64,000 nucleotides of DNA, taken from Macrostomum lignano. Lineage: Eukaryota. The position numbers and the translations under genes were made by a program. The notes below the pieces were generated by a model. The model saw only the letters and a program-made list of their open reading frames with translations, did no database searches and was not told where the DNA came from. The stretch lies in the NCBI GenBank assembly GCA_002269645.1, contig NIVC01001183.1, positions 278,989 to 342,988 on the forward strand. The letters are read 5' to 3'. Of the stretch, positions 1 to 12,600 are shown piece after piece. Within the stretch, counting starts at the first letter, position 1; each line of letters starts with the position of its first letter.

Positions 1-244
1 GCATTAGTGCAACAAGGTCATTAGTGCAAGGGTATTAGTCCAATAGTGTGAACACGTTTAGTCTAAAAAAATGATGGGAATTCTTTTGAGCGTCGCTTCC
101 TGAGGAGCGTAACGAACCTGGAGGCTTCCTTGGATACAACTATGTGAGCATGAGTGCTCAAGGGTCAGGGTAGTCTTACTGTGGACCAGAAGTTGCACCA
201 AGGCCAGCAGTGCAAATAAATAAAAAATAAGGACAATCATTTAC

Positions 245-3200
245 CTGGCGGGCCCCAGATAAGCGTCACTGGCTGGGTCATTGCTTTGGAGATGGCCTTC
301 TCTTGGCTGTCATTGCACGGGATCGATTCAAAATGCTTTAAGTTGTTCTCAGCCGGAAGCCGGATGACATACTGTTGAACACCCAGGTTGCGCAAATGGT
401 TCAGGTAGATGGTCCAGTCTCCGGCTAAAATGGGGTAAGTGAAGGTTTTAGCCAATCTAACAAAACGCCTGTTAATAACTTTACTGCATCAGAGCAAAAG
501 TCGCCTACTGGCATCCAGTCTCCGCCGCTCGCACTCCAAGTTGATCAGCCTGCTGGCCAAATCGAACTTTTCAACGTCGACTAGCTTCTGCAAGGCGATT
601 TCCTGCCGCCTGGAGGGCAGAAACTTGTAGATGACTTCAATGCTGGCCCGGCTGAGGCTCTCTTGCGGCGCGCTGGCGTCGCAGGACACTTCGTTCAAAT
701 GGAACACGACAAATCTGCAGATGTGAACTTTTGGCGCGCCGCACAAGACGGACTTGGTGTGCGGGGAGATGTACACCGACACGATGCCGCCGTGTCCAAT
801 CCAGGTGTGCGAGTCGCGCTTGGACCGGAGGCAGATGTATTCGGCGTAGCGCAGGCCCTCGATCGATTCTGCTATTCTAAACGCCTCATCTGTTGGGTCA
901 ATATCTGATTTGCTGACCGCGTGTTCCTCCAGCTTCTCCTTTCTTCTCGGATCGTGATAAACAGAGTCGGAGAAGCGGATCAGTCTGTTCTGGCAGTACT
1001 GCTCAGTCAGGCAGAACAATCCCAGGTGGCGCTTGTTCTTGTCATCCCAACGCCACAGCAGCTCCGCATCATGAACAACGAACGAATCATCAGCGGCGGC
1101 TGCCACGGTCGCAGACTCCATAGAAACAATTGGAAGCCAGACGTTGGCGTAATGCAGAGTATCCCGATAGGAATTCGAGCTGGCTTCATCAGCGATGCGC
1201 TCGAATGACGCCACTGGCCGCATTCTGTGAGCGGTGCACATGTCAATTGTGTCGCACAGTTCGACCATCTGAATAGTTGGTGTTAGCAGCCCGCTACTCA
1301 TAACGTTGTAGAACTGCACTTTCATTATATCGCCAAGTCGAACTTCTTTGCTGACGTGGCTGCTGCTGTTCATGATTGAGTTTTCCTGCTGGGCGGACTC
1401 TGAGCTAACAAAAAAACTGCGAGCGACAAGCTCATCTGGAATTTCTACGATCCGATCTGCAGAGCTTTCGCAGTGCTGCCTTACACGATCGTAATTTCCT
1501 TGAGAATTCAGCAACTGCTCTTTTAAGCTTTTGGCACAGTTAAAATCAACAAAATCAAAGTATTGAGTACTTGAAACAACACATTCAGAATTTCTTTCCG
1601 GCTTTATTCCATGCTCAATAAACGAGTTCCAGCGCTCGGAGCTTGGATGGCAAAAAATCTTTTTCTTCCACTGGAGCCGCATGCATCCATTGCTAAGCAC
1701 AGGCTTGTCAATCAGGCTCAGGAAGCGCAGCGGAATGGTTTTGGACAAAGCCGGCAAAAATTCCAGAGATGATCCGGTGAAAAGAAGCTCGTCCTCTGAC
1801 ATCTCCCTAACTACAGATAGCAAGCACTGCGGCTTTGTTTTGTTCAGCTCAGCAAACTCAAAACATTGACCGTCTTTTTCGAACCGTTTGCTCCGCTGCA
1901 TCACACAATTCATGTATTCTGCGAGATCTTCAATAGATTCGACTTTGCCTTGAATTTGGGCCTCAAGCTGAGCGCGCAATGCCCGATGAGCAAGAATATC
2001 AGGGTAACGGCGGAGTGGACTGGTGAAATGCACATAGTTTTCTATGTTCAGGTCGTAGTGCAAGCTTGGTAACTTCGGTTGTTGAGCTTGAAACTCGATG
2101 TACCTTGCCGGTTGAGAAATTTTATGCCAGTCTGAAATCGCCAAGAAGAGATAGGGAAACCGAGTCTCTGAGTACAGCATCAGAAGAGCGCTTCTCGGAT
2201 CTTGAGAGCAAAGCTGTTGCAAAAGCCGCGAATCATCTTTGAAAATTCGAATATTCTGCCTCGGCACTCTCGCTTCATCATAAATTGCCGATAGGTTCCG
2301 GAAATGTCTGCTCAGCTCGGCCGATTGCACAACAGAAAATTCAAACTTTGAGCGCCACAGGTCGACATCAACGTCACGCGGCGACTGCTGTACCCGATTT
2401 ACAAATGGCTCAAGGTACTTGCTAGAAGCCAGAAACTCGCCAACAGTTCGATTGGCCAAAACCATGAACTCTTCAACCAGGGCGCTTGCCTCAAATTTGT
2501 CTCCAATGGCTGATTGCGCATCTTCCAACTGATCTCGCAGCACAAATGCCGCAGAACCCATTCTGTGAATTCTCAGCTCTTTCGCGATGCTCCATAAATA
2601 GCGTATAGCTGCTATGAGCTCCTGTGATGGAGGGACGTCGAAATCCGCCTCTTTGCCAAGCAGTATGTCATGCACCGCATCCTTGTTCAGACGATGATTG
2701 CTGTTAATAAGAGTCATTGCGGGAGTTCGTCTTCTCAGATCCCACTCGCCAGTCAGATCCTGTTTGAATTCAAAAATAGTCGATAGACAGCGCCTGTCCT
2801 TTCCCTCCACAAGACTAAGAAGTGACTCAGACAGATCGCTTGGAAACAAATGATTGGGAGTGACACCAGCCTGTTTGGCAATCCTCGGTGGGTAGATAGT
2901 CACCACTCTGTTTCTGCCCAGCTTGTCAAGGTGCGAGTCCTTCTCGATGTAGTAGCTGACGTCGGTGATGTGAACGCCAACAAGGGCTACCCTAGTTTGC
3001 TGATTGTACTGGAAGCTGATGGCATCATCCATATCCTTAGTATCAGGGTTATCAATGGTAATGGTAAAATGACTTCTAAAGTCGCGGCGCTTTGGGTGGT
3101 CTGACGTGTCTGTCGCAATGGTTCTAATTCTCTCCAGGTCTCGCTTTACTGCTGGCGTCTCAAGCATCTTTCTTGGCAAGGAATGCTTTAACATTAAAAC

Positions 3201-4340
3201 CTCTAGGGTGCTTTTGAGGCTGTCAACGCGATCGAAAACGTGAACTACTTTACCAGTCGGATAAAACTGATTGACGTTCCAGCCGAGGTAGCAAACCACA
3301 AACAGTTTGTCGCAGTTGTGCTTCTGAACATGCAAAGGATTTCCATAAGGAGAAAACTCGAACTGAGCTTTGCTTTGAGCATTTTTACTCGCCATGTCAA
3401 GGCCCCTCTTGCCCTTTTTGCCTTTCTGTTGGTCCCTTTTGATTTCGGCACTTTCCACAAGCCTCTTCCGCGGGTTGTACACTGACACGTAGTGCAGATT
3501 GGCGTACTTCTCCACATCCTCCATGCCCCTCTCATCTCGATTCTGCACACCAGTGGCCCTGCGACTTTGAAAGGGCTGACTGCGCATAACATTTTGCTCA
3601 TAATATTCTCGGTACCAAACCCGGGCATGCCTGTTGTCGTAGCCAATCTTTGGAAAGCTGTGGCACAGAGGCCGCATGAAAGAGCCATCGTCATAGATGA
3701 TCTCGCAAATAAACAGCTTGTAAACCAGTTTCTCATGCTGTTTGAGCACACCAACAACTCTACCGTGACCTAAACGCGGATTGTCTTCATCTTTATCCAG
3801 CACTTCAACGAGAACAGTGTCTCCCTGACACGCCCGGCCGCAGTTTGTGCGACCCTTCAGCTCCACCTTCTCCAGCTCATCTGTCGCTTCAACGGGCACC
3901 GCCCAGCCTTGCTGCGAGCCCTCCAGTTGCAACTCGCAGACTCGAAAGTTTTTCGGCTTTCGCGCCATGATTTTGCTGATTCTTGACTTTGAGAGCATGG
4001 CATACTTTTCCTCATTGCAATATCGACCTTCGATGACACCTTCAGCCTCGGTAGAATTATACTGGCGATTGGTGATGCGGACAACAATGCGCTCATCCTG
4101 GAGGATGCTTGTAACTCTGGATGTCAGACGAATGCGCAACACATTGTTGATGACGGCCTCAGGGATGGCAACAGGATACGAGCCTTGGTCGAAACGCATC
4201 CTGCACAGCCTGTATTCGGCAACATTATTCAGTTTGCTCCTCCATTTCTCTTCGGAGGACTGCACTGTAGTATCAAATTCGTCATATTCCTGACAGCTGT
4301 CAAAAAGCTTCAGTATTCGGGCCAGCTCCTCGGGCGAACT
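245..4340 (-). CDS. HELZ2: HELZ2-like RNB (RNase II) exoribonuclease / UPF1-like SF1 helicase, partial (3' part beyond left edge; 5' exons not identified)
   Basis: Exon 4340..509 (acceptor tttgtag; phase-1 donor GCCA|gtaggc), 84-nt intron 508..425, exon 424..245 (donor CCAG|gtaaat). OB-like GRTNCGRACQGDTVLVEV; RNB motifs RRDFRSHFTITIDNPDTKDMDDAIS, LVEEFMVLAN and YVHFTSPLRRYPDILAHRAL; then CNDSQEKAISKAMTQPVTLIWGPPG, the start of an SF1 Walker A. RNB followed by an SF1 helicase is the HELZ2 arrangement. Confidence 0.8.
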
Positions 4341-5390
4341 CTACAAAGGAATTTTGATAAAAAGTAGTTTGCTACAAAATGGCATCTTAAACCTTAATAA
4401 GTTATGTCAAACTTTTTGTCAAATTTTCTAATTTAAACTATTTTAATAGGTAAAATGCTTTTTTCCATTATACAAGAGATAATATACATAGAAGTTATAA
4501 TCAAAAGTTTCTATCCTATATTCCATAGTCTCAAATATTTATCATACACAAAATTTTTTGGCCCACAGATTGCTGCTGGAGATCAATGGCTTCTCTATCT
4601 GTGCTACATGCAGAGAGATAGTAGCTATTAACGAATATTGCCAATGCACTAAGAGATAGACTATTGCATGTGGAAAATAAATTTTGCTATGCAGCTCATA
4701 TAAATAACTTTTTTGCACCCTGATGCAGGCAAAATATTTATTCATAAAATAGCAGTCTCAAAACTATAGGCTATAATATACTTGTACTTACTTATAGTTC
4801 TAATTGTATAGATATGCATCATTAACTATAGGTAGATAAAATTCTTTAGGTTTTCAATTTTTTAACTCTTACTAAGTACTTAGGAAGTGACTAAAAAGCA
4901 AAAAAACTACCATACTTTAAAACCTCCTGTTTTACATACCTTGGTTGTTAGTCATTGACTCTTAGTCAAAGAATCTCTTAATTTCAAAAAAAATATTAAT
5001 CTAAAATTCAGTAGGTCACTGTATTTATTGAAGTTTGAAGTTTAAATTACAAAGTATAGTTGTCCCCTATTTTAATCATTAGTTAGTTGATGACAAGGTA
5101 TCATAAGTATTCAACTATTAATAAATTATTTGGTTACTTCATTATCCTTCTTTGGCTATCCAGAAAGTTGTGAGAAGATATATATTGTTAATAAATATAT
5201 TTTAGACCTATAAAAAATAGCACTAGTTGATAATGTGATCTTCCCTTGTATTGATTATAATTGTCAACAAGTAATCAAACCTAAAATTTTAAGTAACCAA
5301 ACAATCTTTACCAAAGCCTCTTGTCAATTGCAATATAACTTCTTAAAATTTACTGTAATCACTAAATATGGTTGATGATCCCTTTGATCC

Positions 5391-5687
5391 CATACATGCG
5401 CAACGTCCAAAATTCGGTCGGCCGTGCGACTTAGTTTTAACAAAAATGCGACGTAGTTTTTGGCCAAAAATGCGACTTACATGTAAAAAAACCCTAAAGC
5501 AAAATTAACGCAACTTTGGGTAAACGGCGGGAGTAACTATGACTGTCTTATCAGGCAAAAATGCCTCGTCAGCTACTTAGTACTACTGCGTGGGTATTTT
5601 TTGGGTGGGCATTTTTGCGACTTCCTTGGTTGGCTGCCAAATCAGTCGGCCGGATCGGCCGACTCGGCCGACTGTTGCGCATGTATG
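5391..5687. mobile_element. Non-autonomous hAT element (MITE), 297 bp
   Basis: Perfect 14-bp TIRs CATACATGCGCAAC (5391-5404) and GTTGCGCATGTATG (5674-5687); perfect 8-bp TSD TTTGATCC (5383-5390, 5688-5695); subterminal TGCGACTT motifs. The same TIR borders the transposase element at 59740. Confidence 0.92.
5518..5581 (+). other. 28S rRNA-derived fragment (helix 69-71 region) inside the MITE; not a functional rRNA gene
   Basis: GGGTAAACGGCGGGAGTAACTATGACTgTCTTAtcaggcaaAAATGCCTCGTCAgCTAcTTAGT versus the conserved eukaryotic 28S GGGTAAACGGCGGGAGTAACTATGACTCTCTTAAGGTAGCCAAATGCCTCGTCATCTAATTAGT (from memory): 27-nt and 13-nt identical blocks. Confidence 0.85.
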
Positions 5688-8600
5688 TTTGATCCCCAGT
5701 GTAAAAAATGGCAAATACCCTATAGTTTAGAAGACAAGGGTACTTGCTATTTGTTAGCATATATCAGTATACATCCTAGTGTATATGACATAGTAGAAAA
5801 TTTTAAACTTACATCTATGACATACCTACGTACATTTTAGGATCAAATAAAGTGAGTGACTTAATATAGAATATGCTACATGCAACACCATCATTATGGA
5901 ACAAAGAATAATAAAAAACAATTTTAAACCATGCATCCTTAAAAACTTGTTTTTATTTTATTTTTAGCAAATAAAAAATCTATAAAGTACTTCTTTTAAA
6001 ATTGTTTTTTTTTTCATTGAATTTTGTAAAAGTGCATAATTTTTAAGTTTATTATTTTATATAAATAATAAATTCAAAACGAAAAAATGTACAACTTTGG
6101 CATACATATATTATAATAAAAAACTTTTTAGTCCCAATTTTCTGGAAGGCATATTTTTGCTCTTGCTGACAATCTTGGTGTACACTTGGCATATAGAATT
6201 TTCAGGTTCAACATGAAGTATATACAGTTGGCATACAAGAAATAGCCAAGTTCAAGGCTAATGTAATTGTGTAGTTAAATATCAACCAACATCGAAAGCT
6301 CTTTAAAAATAATTGGAAACTAAAATAGAAAATATTAACGCAATCATAAGAAAACCTTAATTAAAACATAGAATACCAGTTTTTAGCAAAATAAAGCTGT
6401 TTTAAAGTTTAAAATTCTTCAAAATATGGTATATAAACAATTTTAGTCATAACATAATTTTTTTTAATTTTATGTTAGTATAAAATAAAAAAACATGAAT
6501 TTTCATTCTAGCATGTGCTTGCAATGATCCAGACTATGGACTAGACTTGGCATACACTAATATACAATCCAAACTATGGCAAGTACCCTTGTTGTATGCC
6601 AGGAAATCCTGGAATACATGTTACTTTCTAAACTATAGTATGTCTATAGCATGTATATAATGATTTCCCATAGTCAAAAAGGTGGCCTTTGCCACAGAAA
6701 ATTCTAGAGCACACAAGGGGTCCAAGATGCACTCAGCACATAATCACAGCATATATAAGGGATCCACAATGCTCCTAGTGCACAATCATAGTGCATGGAA
6801 GGGGTTCCTGATAACTGATATATTAGCACATAATCAAAGCAGAGATTGATATCTCTAGTGCATGCAGCACACAAGTTTTTTGGCAAAAATGTTGTTAAAT
6901 TGTAATGATTAGTTCATCCAACTTTTACTAGATAAAATGATAATTTATAATAATTTATAATGTATGTTCAATTGGGCTTAAGTTATATTGTGATGTTTTA
7001 GTGAATTGATATTTCCATCAACAGTTTTTTATTAGGATTCATTTAAAATAAAAATTAAATTAAATTAAGCACTATAATCATCGTGTATGTAAAAAATATA
7101 CCCAATTTCATCATGATTGGGACATTCTGTCCATCCAATACTTACATATTGTTCGCAGCGTCTATTATTGGACATATTCAGTGGGTTTTAATTTTAAGGT
7201 GCAGTGGAGATTAAAAATATGAACACAAGTCTTCAATACTGCAGATAGTGCATTGAAAATTTATCGTCACGTAATGTTACGAGATTCCGCAACTCTCTTT
7301 CCTGGTCGTGACTAACGAAAAAGGTGTGTAAGCAAACGACTTGTCGCGGACGCGGACAAAATAAGTAATCGATTTCAAGGAAATTAAAGAAATTAAAATG
7401 GTAAATTTTCGTTTTGCATTCATTTTAACTAAATGAAACATAGTATAAATAAGTTCTATATTTACAAAAATTCGTATATTAAAACAAAAAAATGCTACAG
7501 TAGCAATTTGTTCATCAGTGGCCGTTGATTTTTGTTGAATCAGTTAAACCTACGTAAATAATTAGCATATATTAAATTGGTAGATCATATTTTGTGAGAC
7601 AAATGGAAGTCTAGATAAAAAATAGCTAGTGAATTAATTTTATTTTGATCAAATTAATTTGGGCTTATGATGAGGACCGAATTCTACAGCCAGTAGAGAT
7701 ATCAGTTTTTTTTCTTTCCTCTCTTCCTTCTTATCCTGTCTCCCCCATAAATCTTATTCTGAATTCGATCTCATATCCGATCATTTTCATTTGATTCTAA
7801 CAGCATACTTTTTTTCAAGTCATAGTTATAACCAGATGTCAAGGTATCAGGCTGTCTGTGGGTCTACAGCCGTTATATGGCCTGGTAGAATCATGTGACT
7901 ATACTGGCGCTTTCTCATTTTTGACACCATATGAATCGCTTTGAGATTTCGACCTATACATGGTAATTGTTGGTGATTGGTCCATATTGGTTCGTGGTTG
8001 GGATTTTTATACAAGCGGTCAATATTTTGATAACTGTGACCCGTCCTGACCGCTATCCCTAAAAATATTTTCGTTTTAATCTTAATCTGCTAGCGGATTA
8101 TCCAATTACACTCTTATCTTCATCCCTTCATAGTCATATTTTCATTGACTTTGGACTTGGCATTGCTGAAACTTGTAGATGCAAATAATTTTAAATCAAA
8201 ATTGAAATTCAAGACAAACAAGCCGTCTGCTATTAGCAAGCCGTGGCCCAATAGTAAACATTTGTGGCCTTTTGCAGACAGCGAGGAAATCAGTTTATTG
8301 TTAGTAGGCTGAAGAGGGAAAACAGGCAAGCTTACACTGCTGGTCAAAGATTCTGAACAAAGAAGAATTCAACTTAAAATATACAGATTTTTTGCGAACT
8401 TAAAAATTAAGAGCAGACAAGGGCGAACTAAAGCTTTGAGTCGTTTGAGTCAAAGCCTAGCAGAAAATGATTTACTAATCTTCTACCAAAACTTAAACCG
8501 AATTCACACACATGAAACTGCGCAAAACAGTTCCGATATTAAATAAAGTCCACAGGCATCAGCAGGGCTTGAGTAAAATATTAAATTGAATGAATCACAA

Positions 8601-8691
8601 TGCCTAAGGACAGGCCGTTGCTTGCCTCCTGCGAACACACGCGGCAAAGTATTTCTGAACGCACCATGCAAAAAACATTTCTTTATTGTAT

Positions 8692-9265
8692 AGCAACGGG
8701 AAATTCTTGACGGATAGCAACCGGATTCCCTTGCAGCATAGTATCCGGGTTCCCTTGCCACATAGTAACGGGGTTCCCTTACCGATAGCAACGGGATTCC
8801 CTAGCCACATAGCAACGAGATTCTCTTGCCACATAGCAACGGGATTCTCTTGCCACATAGTAACGAGGTTCCCTTACCACATAGTAACGGGGTTCCCTTA
8901 CCTCATAGTAACGGGGTTCCCTTACCTCATAGCAATGGGGTTCCCTTGCCGAATAGCAACGGGATTCCCTTACCTCATAGTAACGGGGTTCCCTTACCTC
9001 ATAGCAATGGGGTTCCCTTGCCGCATAGCAACGGGATTCCCTTACCTCATAGTAACGGGGTTCCCTTACCTCATAGTAACGGGGTTCCCTTACCTCATAG
9101 TAACGGGGTTCCCTTACCTCATAGTAACGGGGTTGGTTCCCTTGCCGCATAGCAACGGGATTCCCTTACCTCATAGTAACGAGGTTCCATTAACTCATAG
9201 CAATGGGGTTCCCTTGCCGCATAGCAACGGGATTCCCTTACCTCATAGAAACGGGATTTCCTTGC
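8692..9265. repeat. 24-bp minisatellite (CATAGTAACGGGGTTCCCTTACCT)
   Basis: Direct tandem copies; source of the PHSNGVPL-type ORFs. Confidence 0.95.
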
Positions 9266-9655
9266 CTATATACTTCTTGGATTTTCTGAGTACACAAAGC
9301 ACTCTAATTCAACCAGTAAACATGTCGCTATGCGGACATGCCACAATGAGTTGCCTGTGTATTAAAAAAGGGATGGTAAGAGAAGTTAATCGGGGGGATG
9401 GAGAACATCGGCTCAGCTAAAAAGCCCCAGTAACTGAGAATAAAGCCTAGAAATTGAAATGAGCAAAATGAGGGCAGATTGTGCGGTCAGGCCGTCAGCC
9501 GCTACAGTAAGAACAGCACGCACCATTTTCTAAGAAGTCGCATTCGCTAACAGTGCAGTTTCTGAATTTGTGGTGAAATAGAAAAATTCTGAATAAAATC
9601 TGTCCGAGTTCGAACAGCCAAATAAAAAAACACCCGACATCATCGCCAGCTCGGC

Positions 9656-12600
9656 TCAGTCGCAGTCGTCCTCCACGTAGTCCCGACTGCGCCGGCGACC
9701 TCCTCGGCTGGGCCCCTGCCGGGACTCCGCCGTACTGGAGGAAGAAGAAGCGGAGGCGGCAGCGGCGGCGGCGGCGGCGGAGGCAGCGGCAAGGCGAGTG
9801 GCGAGCCCCACAGGCGGGAGGAAGCCGCCGACGGCGCCTAGCTGTGCGGCCTCGCTGTCAGCCGCGTCCGCATCTTCGCCAGGCGCCGCTTCGTCGTGAT
9901 CCCCGTCGGTGCCAGACGCAGACAGGGGGCTCCGGCAGACCGGGCAGGTGCCGCGCTGAAGGGAGTCAGAAAGGGAGCGCATGGGATGCATAGGGTTGCC
10001 ACAAGGGATTATTTAATGGCTATCGGACCGTCATGCATTTCATATAAGCTGGGTGGCTTCATGAACTGGGTGAGGCACTGGAGTCCCGCTGACAGCACTG
10101 GGTGAGGCACTGGAGTCCCGCTGACAGCACTGGGTGAGGCACTGGAGTCCCGCTGACAGCACTGGGTAAGGCACTGGAGTCCCGCTGACAGCACTGAGTG
10201 AGGCACTGGAGTCCCGCTGACAGCACTGGGTGAGGCACTGGAGTCCCGCTGACAGCACTGAGTGAGGCACTGGAGTCCCGCTGACAGCACTGGGTAAGGC
10301 ACTGGAGTCCCGCTGACAGCACTGGGTAAGGCACTGGAGTCCCGCTGACAGCACTGGGTGAGGCACTGGAGTCCCGCTGACAGCACTGGGTGAGGCACTG
10401 GAGTCCCGCTGACAGCACTGGGTGAGGCACTGGAGTCCCGCTGACAGCACTGGGTGAGGCACTGGAGTCCCACTGACAGCACTCTGGAGTCCCGCTGAGA
10501 GAGATAGCGAAGTCCCACTGAGGGAACAAGATGCAGCAAGAAATACCTTCTCCAGCCAGGGCTTGATGCACTGTTGGTGGAAGTGGTGCTGGCACGGCAG
10601 AACATCGGCCGAGACGCCCTGCTTGAACTCGTCGAGACAGACAAAGCACTGAAGGCCATCTTTCACCTGCGATTGAAGAGGAGAGGTGTGGGAGGCGACT
10701 TTGTAGGCTGAGACGAGTTGCTGATTTAGTCTGCTAAAATAGAAGGCGGAATGATAGACTCGGCTGTACTGCTGAGGAGCTTGATTGGGTCAGGAGCAGT
10801 GAGCTGAGAATGAGATGCAATGAACTGAGAATGAGATGCAATGAGTTGAGAATGAGATGCAATGAACTGAGAATGAGATGCAATGAACTTAGAATGAGAT
10901 GCAATGAGTTCAGAATGAGATGCAATGAGCTGAGAATGAGATGCAATGAGCTGAGAATGAGATGCAATGAGCTGAGAATGAGATGCAATGAACTGAGAAT
11001 GAGATGCAATGAGTTGAGAATGAGATGCAATGAGCTGAGAATGAGATGCAATGAGCTGAGAATGAGATGCAATGAGCTGAGAATGAGATGCAATGAGCTG
11101 AGAATGAGATGCAATGAACTGAGAATGAGATGCAATGAACTTAGAATGAGATGCAATGAACTGAGAATGAGATGCAATGAGCTGAGAATGAGATGCAATG
11201 AGCTGAGAATGAGATGCAATGAGTTCAGAATGAGATGCAATGAACTGAGAATGAGATGCAATGAGTTCAGAATGAGATGCAATGAGCAGAGAATGAGGTG
11301 CAATGAGCTGAGAATGAGATGCAATGAGTTCAGAATGAGATGCAATGAACTGAGAATGAGATGCAATGAGTTCAGAATGAGATGCAATGAGTTCAGAATG
11401 AGATGCAATGAGCAGAGAATGAGATGCAATGAGCTGAGAATGAGATGCAATGAACTGAGAATGAGATGCAATGAGTTCAGAATGAGATGCAATGAACTGA
11501 GAATGAGATGCAATGAGCTGAGAATGAGATGCAATGAGCTGAGAATGAGATGCAATGAGTTGAGAATGAGATGCAATGAGCAGAGAATGAGATGCAATGA
11601 GCTGAGAATGAGATGCAATGAGCTGAGAATGAGATGCAATGAACTGAGAATGAGATGCAATGAGTTGAGAATGAGATGCAATGAGCTGAGAATGAGATGC
11701 AATGAGCTGAGAATGAGATGCAATGAGTTCAGAATGAGATGCAATGAACTGAGAATGAGATGCAATGAGTTCAGAATGAGATGCAATGAGCAGAGAATGA
11801 GGTGCAATGAGCTGAGAATGAGATGCAATGAGTTCAGAATGAGATGCAATGAACTGAGAATGAGATGCAATGAGTTCAGAATGAGATGCAATGAGTTCAG
11901 AATGAGATGCAATGAGCAGAGAATGAGATGCAATGAGCTGAGAATGAGATGCAATGAGCTGAGAATGAGATGCAATGAGCTGAGAATGAGATGCAATGAG
12001 TTGAGAATGAGATGCAATGAGCAGAGAATGAGATGCAATGAACTGAGAATGAGATGCAATGAGCTGAGAATGAGATGCAATGAGTTCAGAATGAGATGCA
12101 ATGAGCAGAGAATGAGATGCAATGAGCTGAGAATGAGATGCAATGAGTTCAGAATGAGATGCAATGAACTTAGAATGAGATGCAATGAGTTGAGAATGAG
12201 ATGCAATGAACTGAGAATGAGATGCAATGAACTTAGAATGAGATGCAATGAGTTGAGAATGAGATGCAATGAACTGAGAATGAGATGCAATGAGTTCAGA
12301 ATGAGATGCAATGAACTGAGAATGAGATGCAATGAGCTGAGAATGAGATGCAATGAACTTAGAATGAGATGCAATGAACTGAGAATGAGATGCAATGAGT
12401 TCAGAATGAGATGCAATGAGCTGAGAATGAGATGCAATGAACTGAGAATGAGATGCAATGAGCTGAGAATGAGATGCAATGAACTGAGAATGAGATGCAA
12501 TGAGTTCAGAATGAGATGCAATGAGCAGAGAATGAGGTGCAATGAGCTGAGAATGAGATGCAGTGAGCTGAGAATGAGATGCAGTGAGCTGAGAATGAGA

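Noticed and set aside
489-491. In-frame TGA between the RNB ORF and the helicase ORF (read-through or selenocysteine?)
   Set aside because: It falls inside an 84-nt GT-AG intron (508..425) with matching phase, so no recoding is needed.
5518-5581. A functional rRNA gene
   Set aside because: Only ~64 nt; the helix-69 stem is disrupted and the flanks are not rDNA.
7275-7290. ACGAGATTCC match to the 28S sequence that follows the MITE fragment
   Set aside because: A 10-nt match is expected by chance, and there is no flanking similarity.
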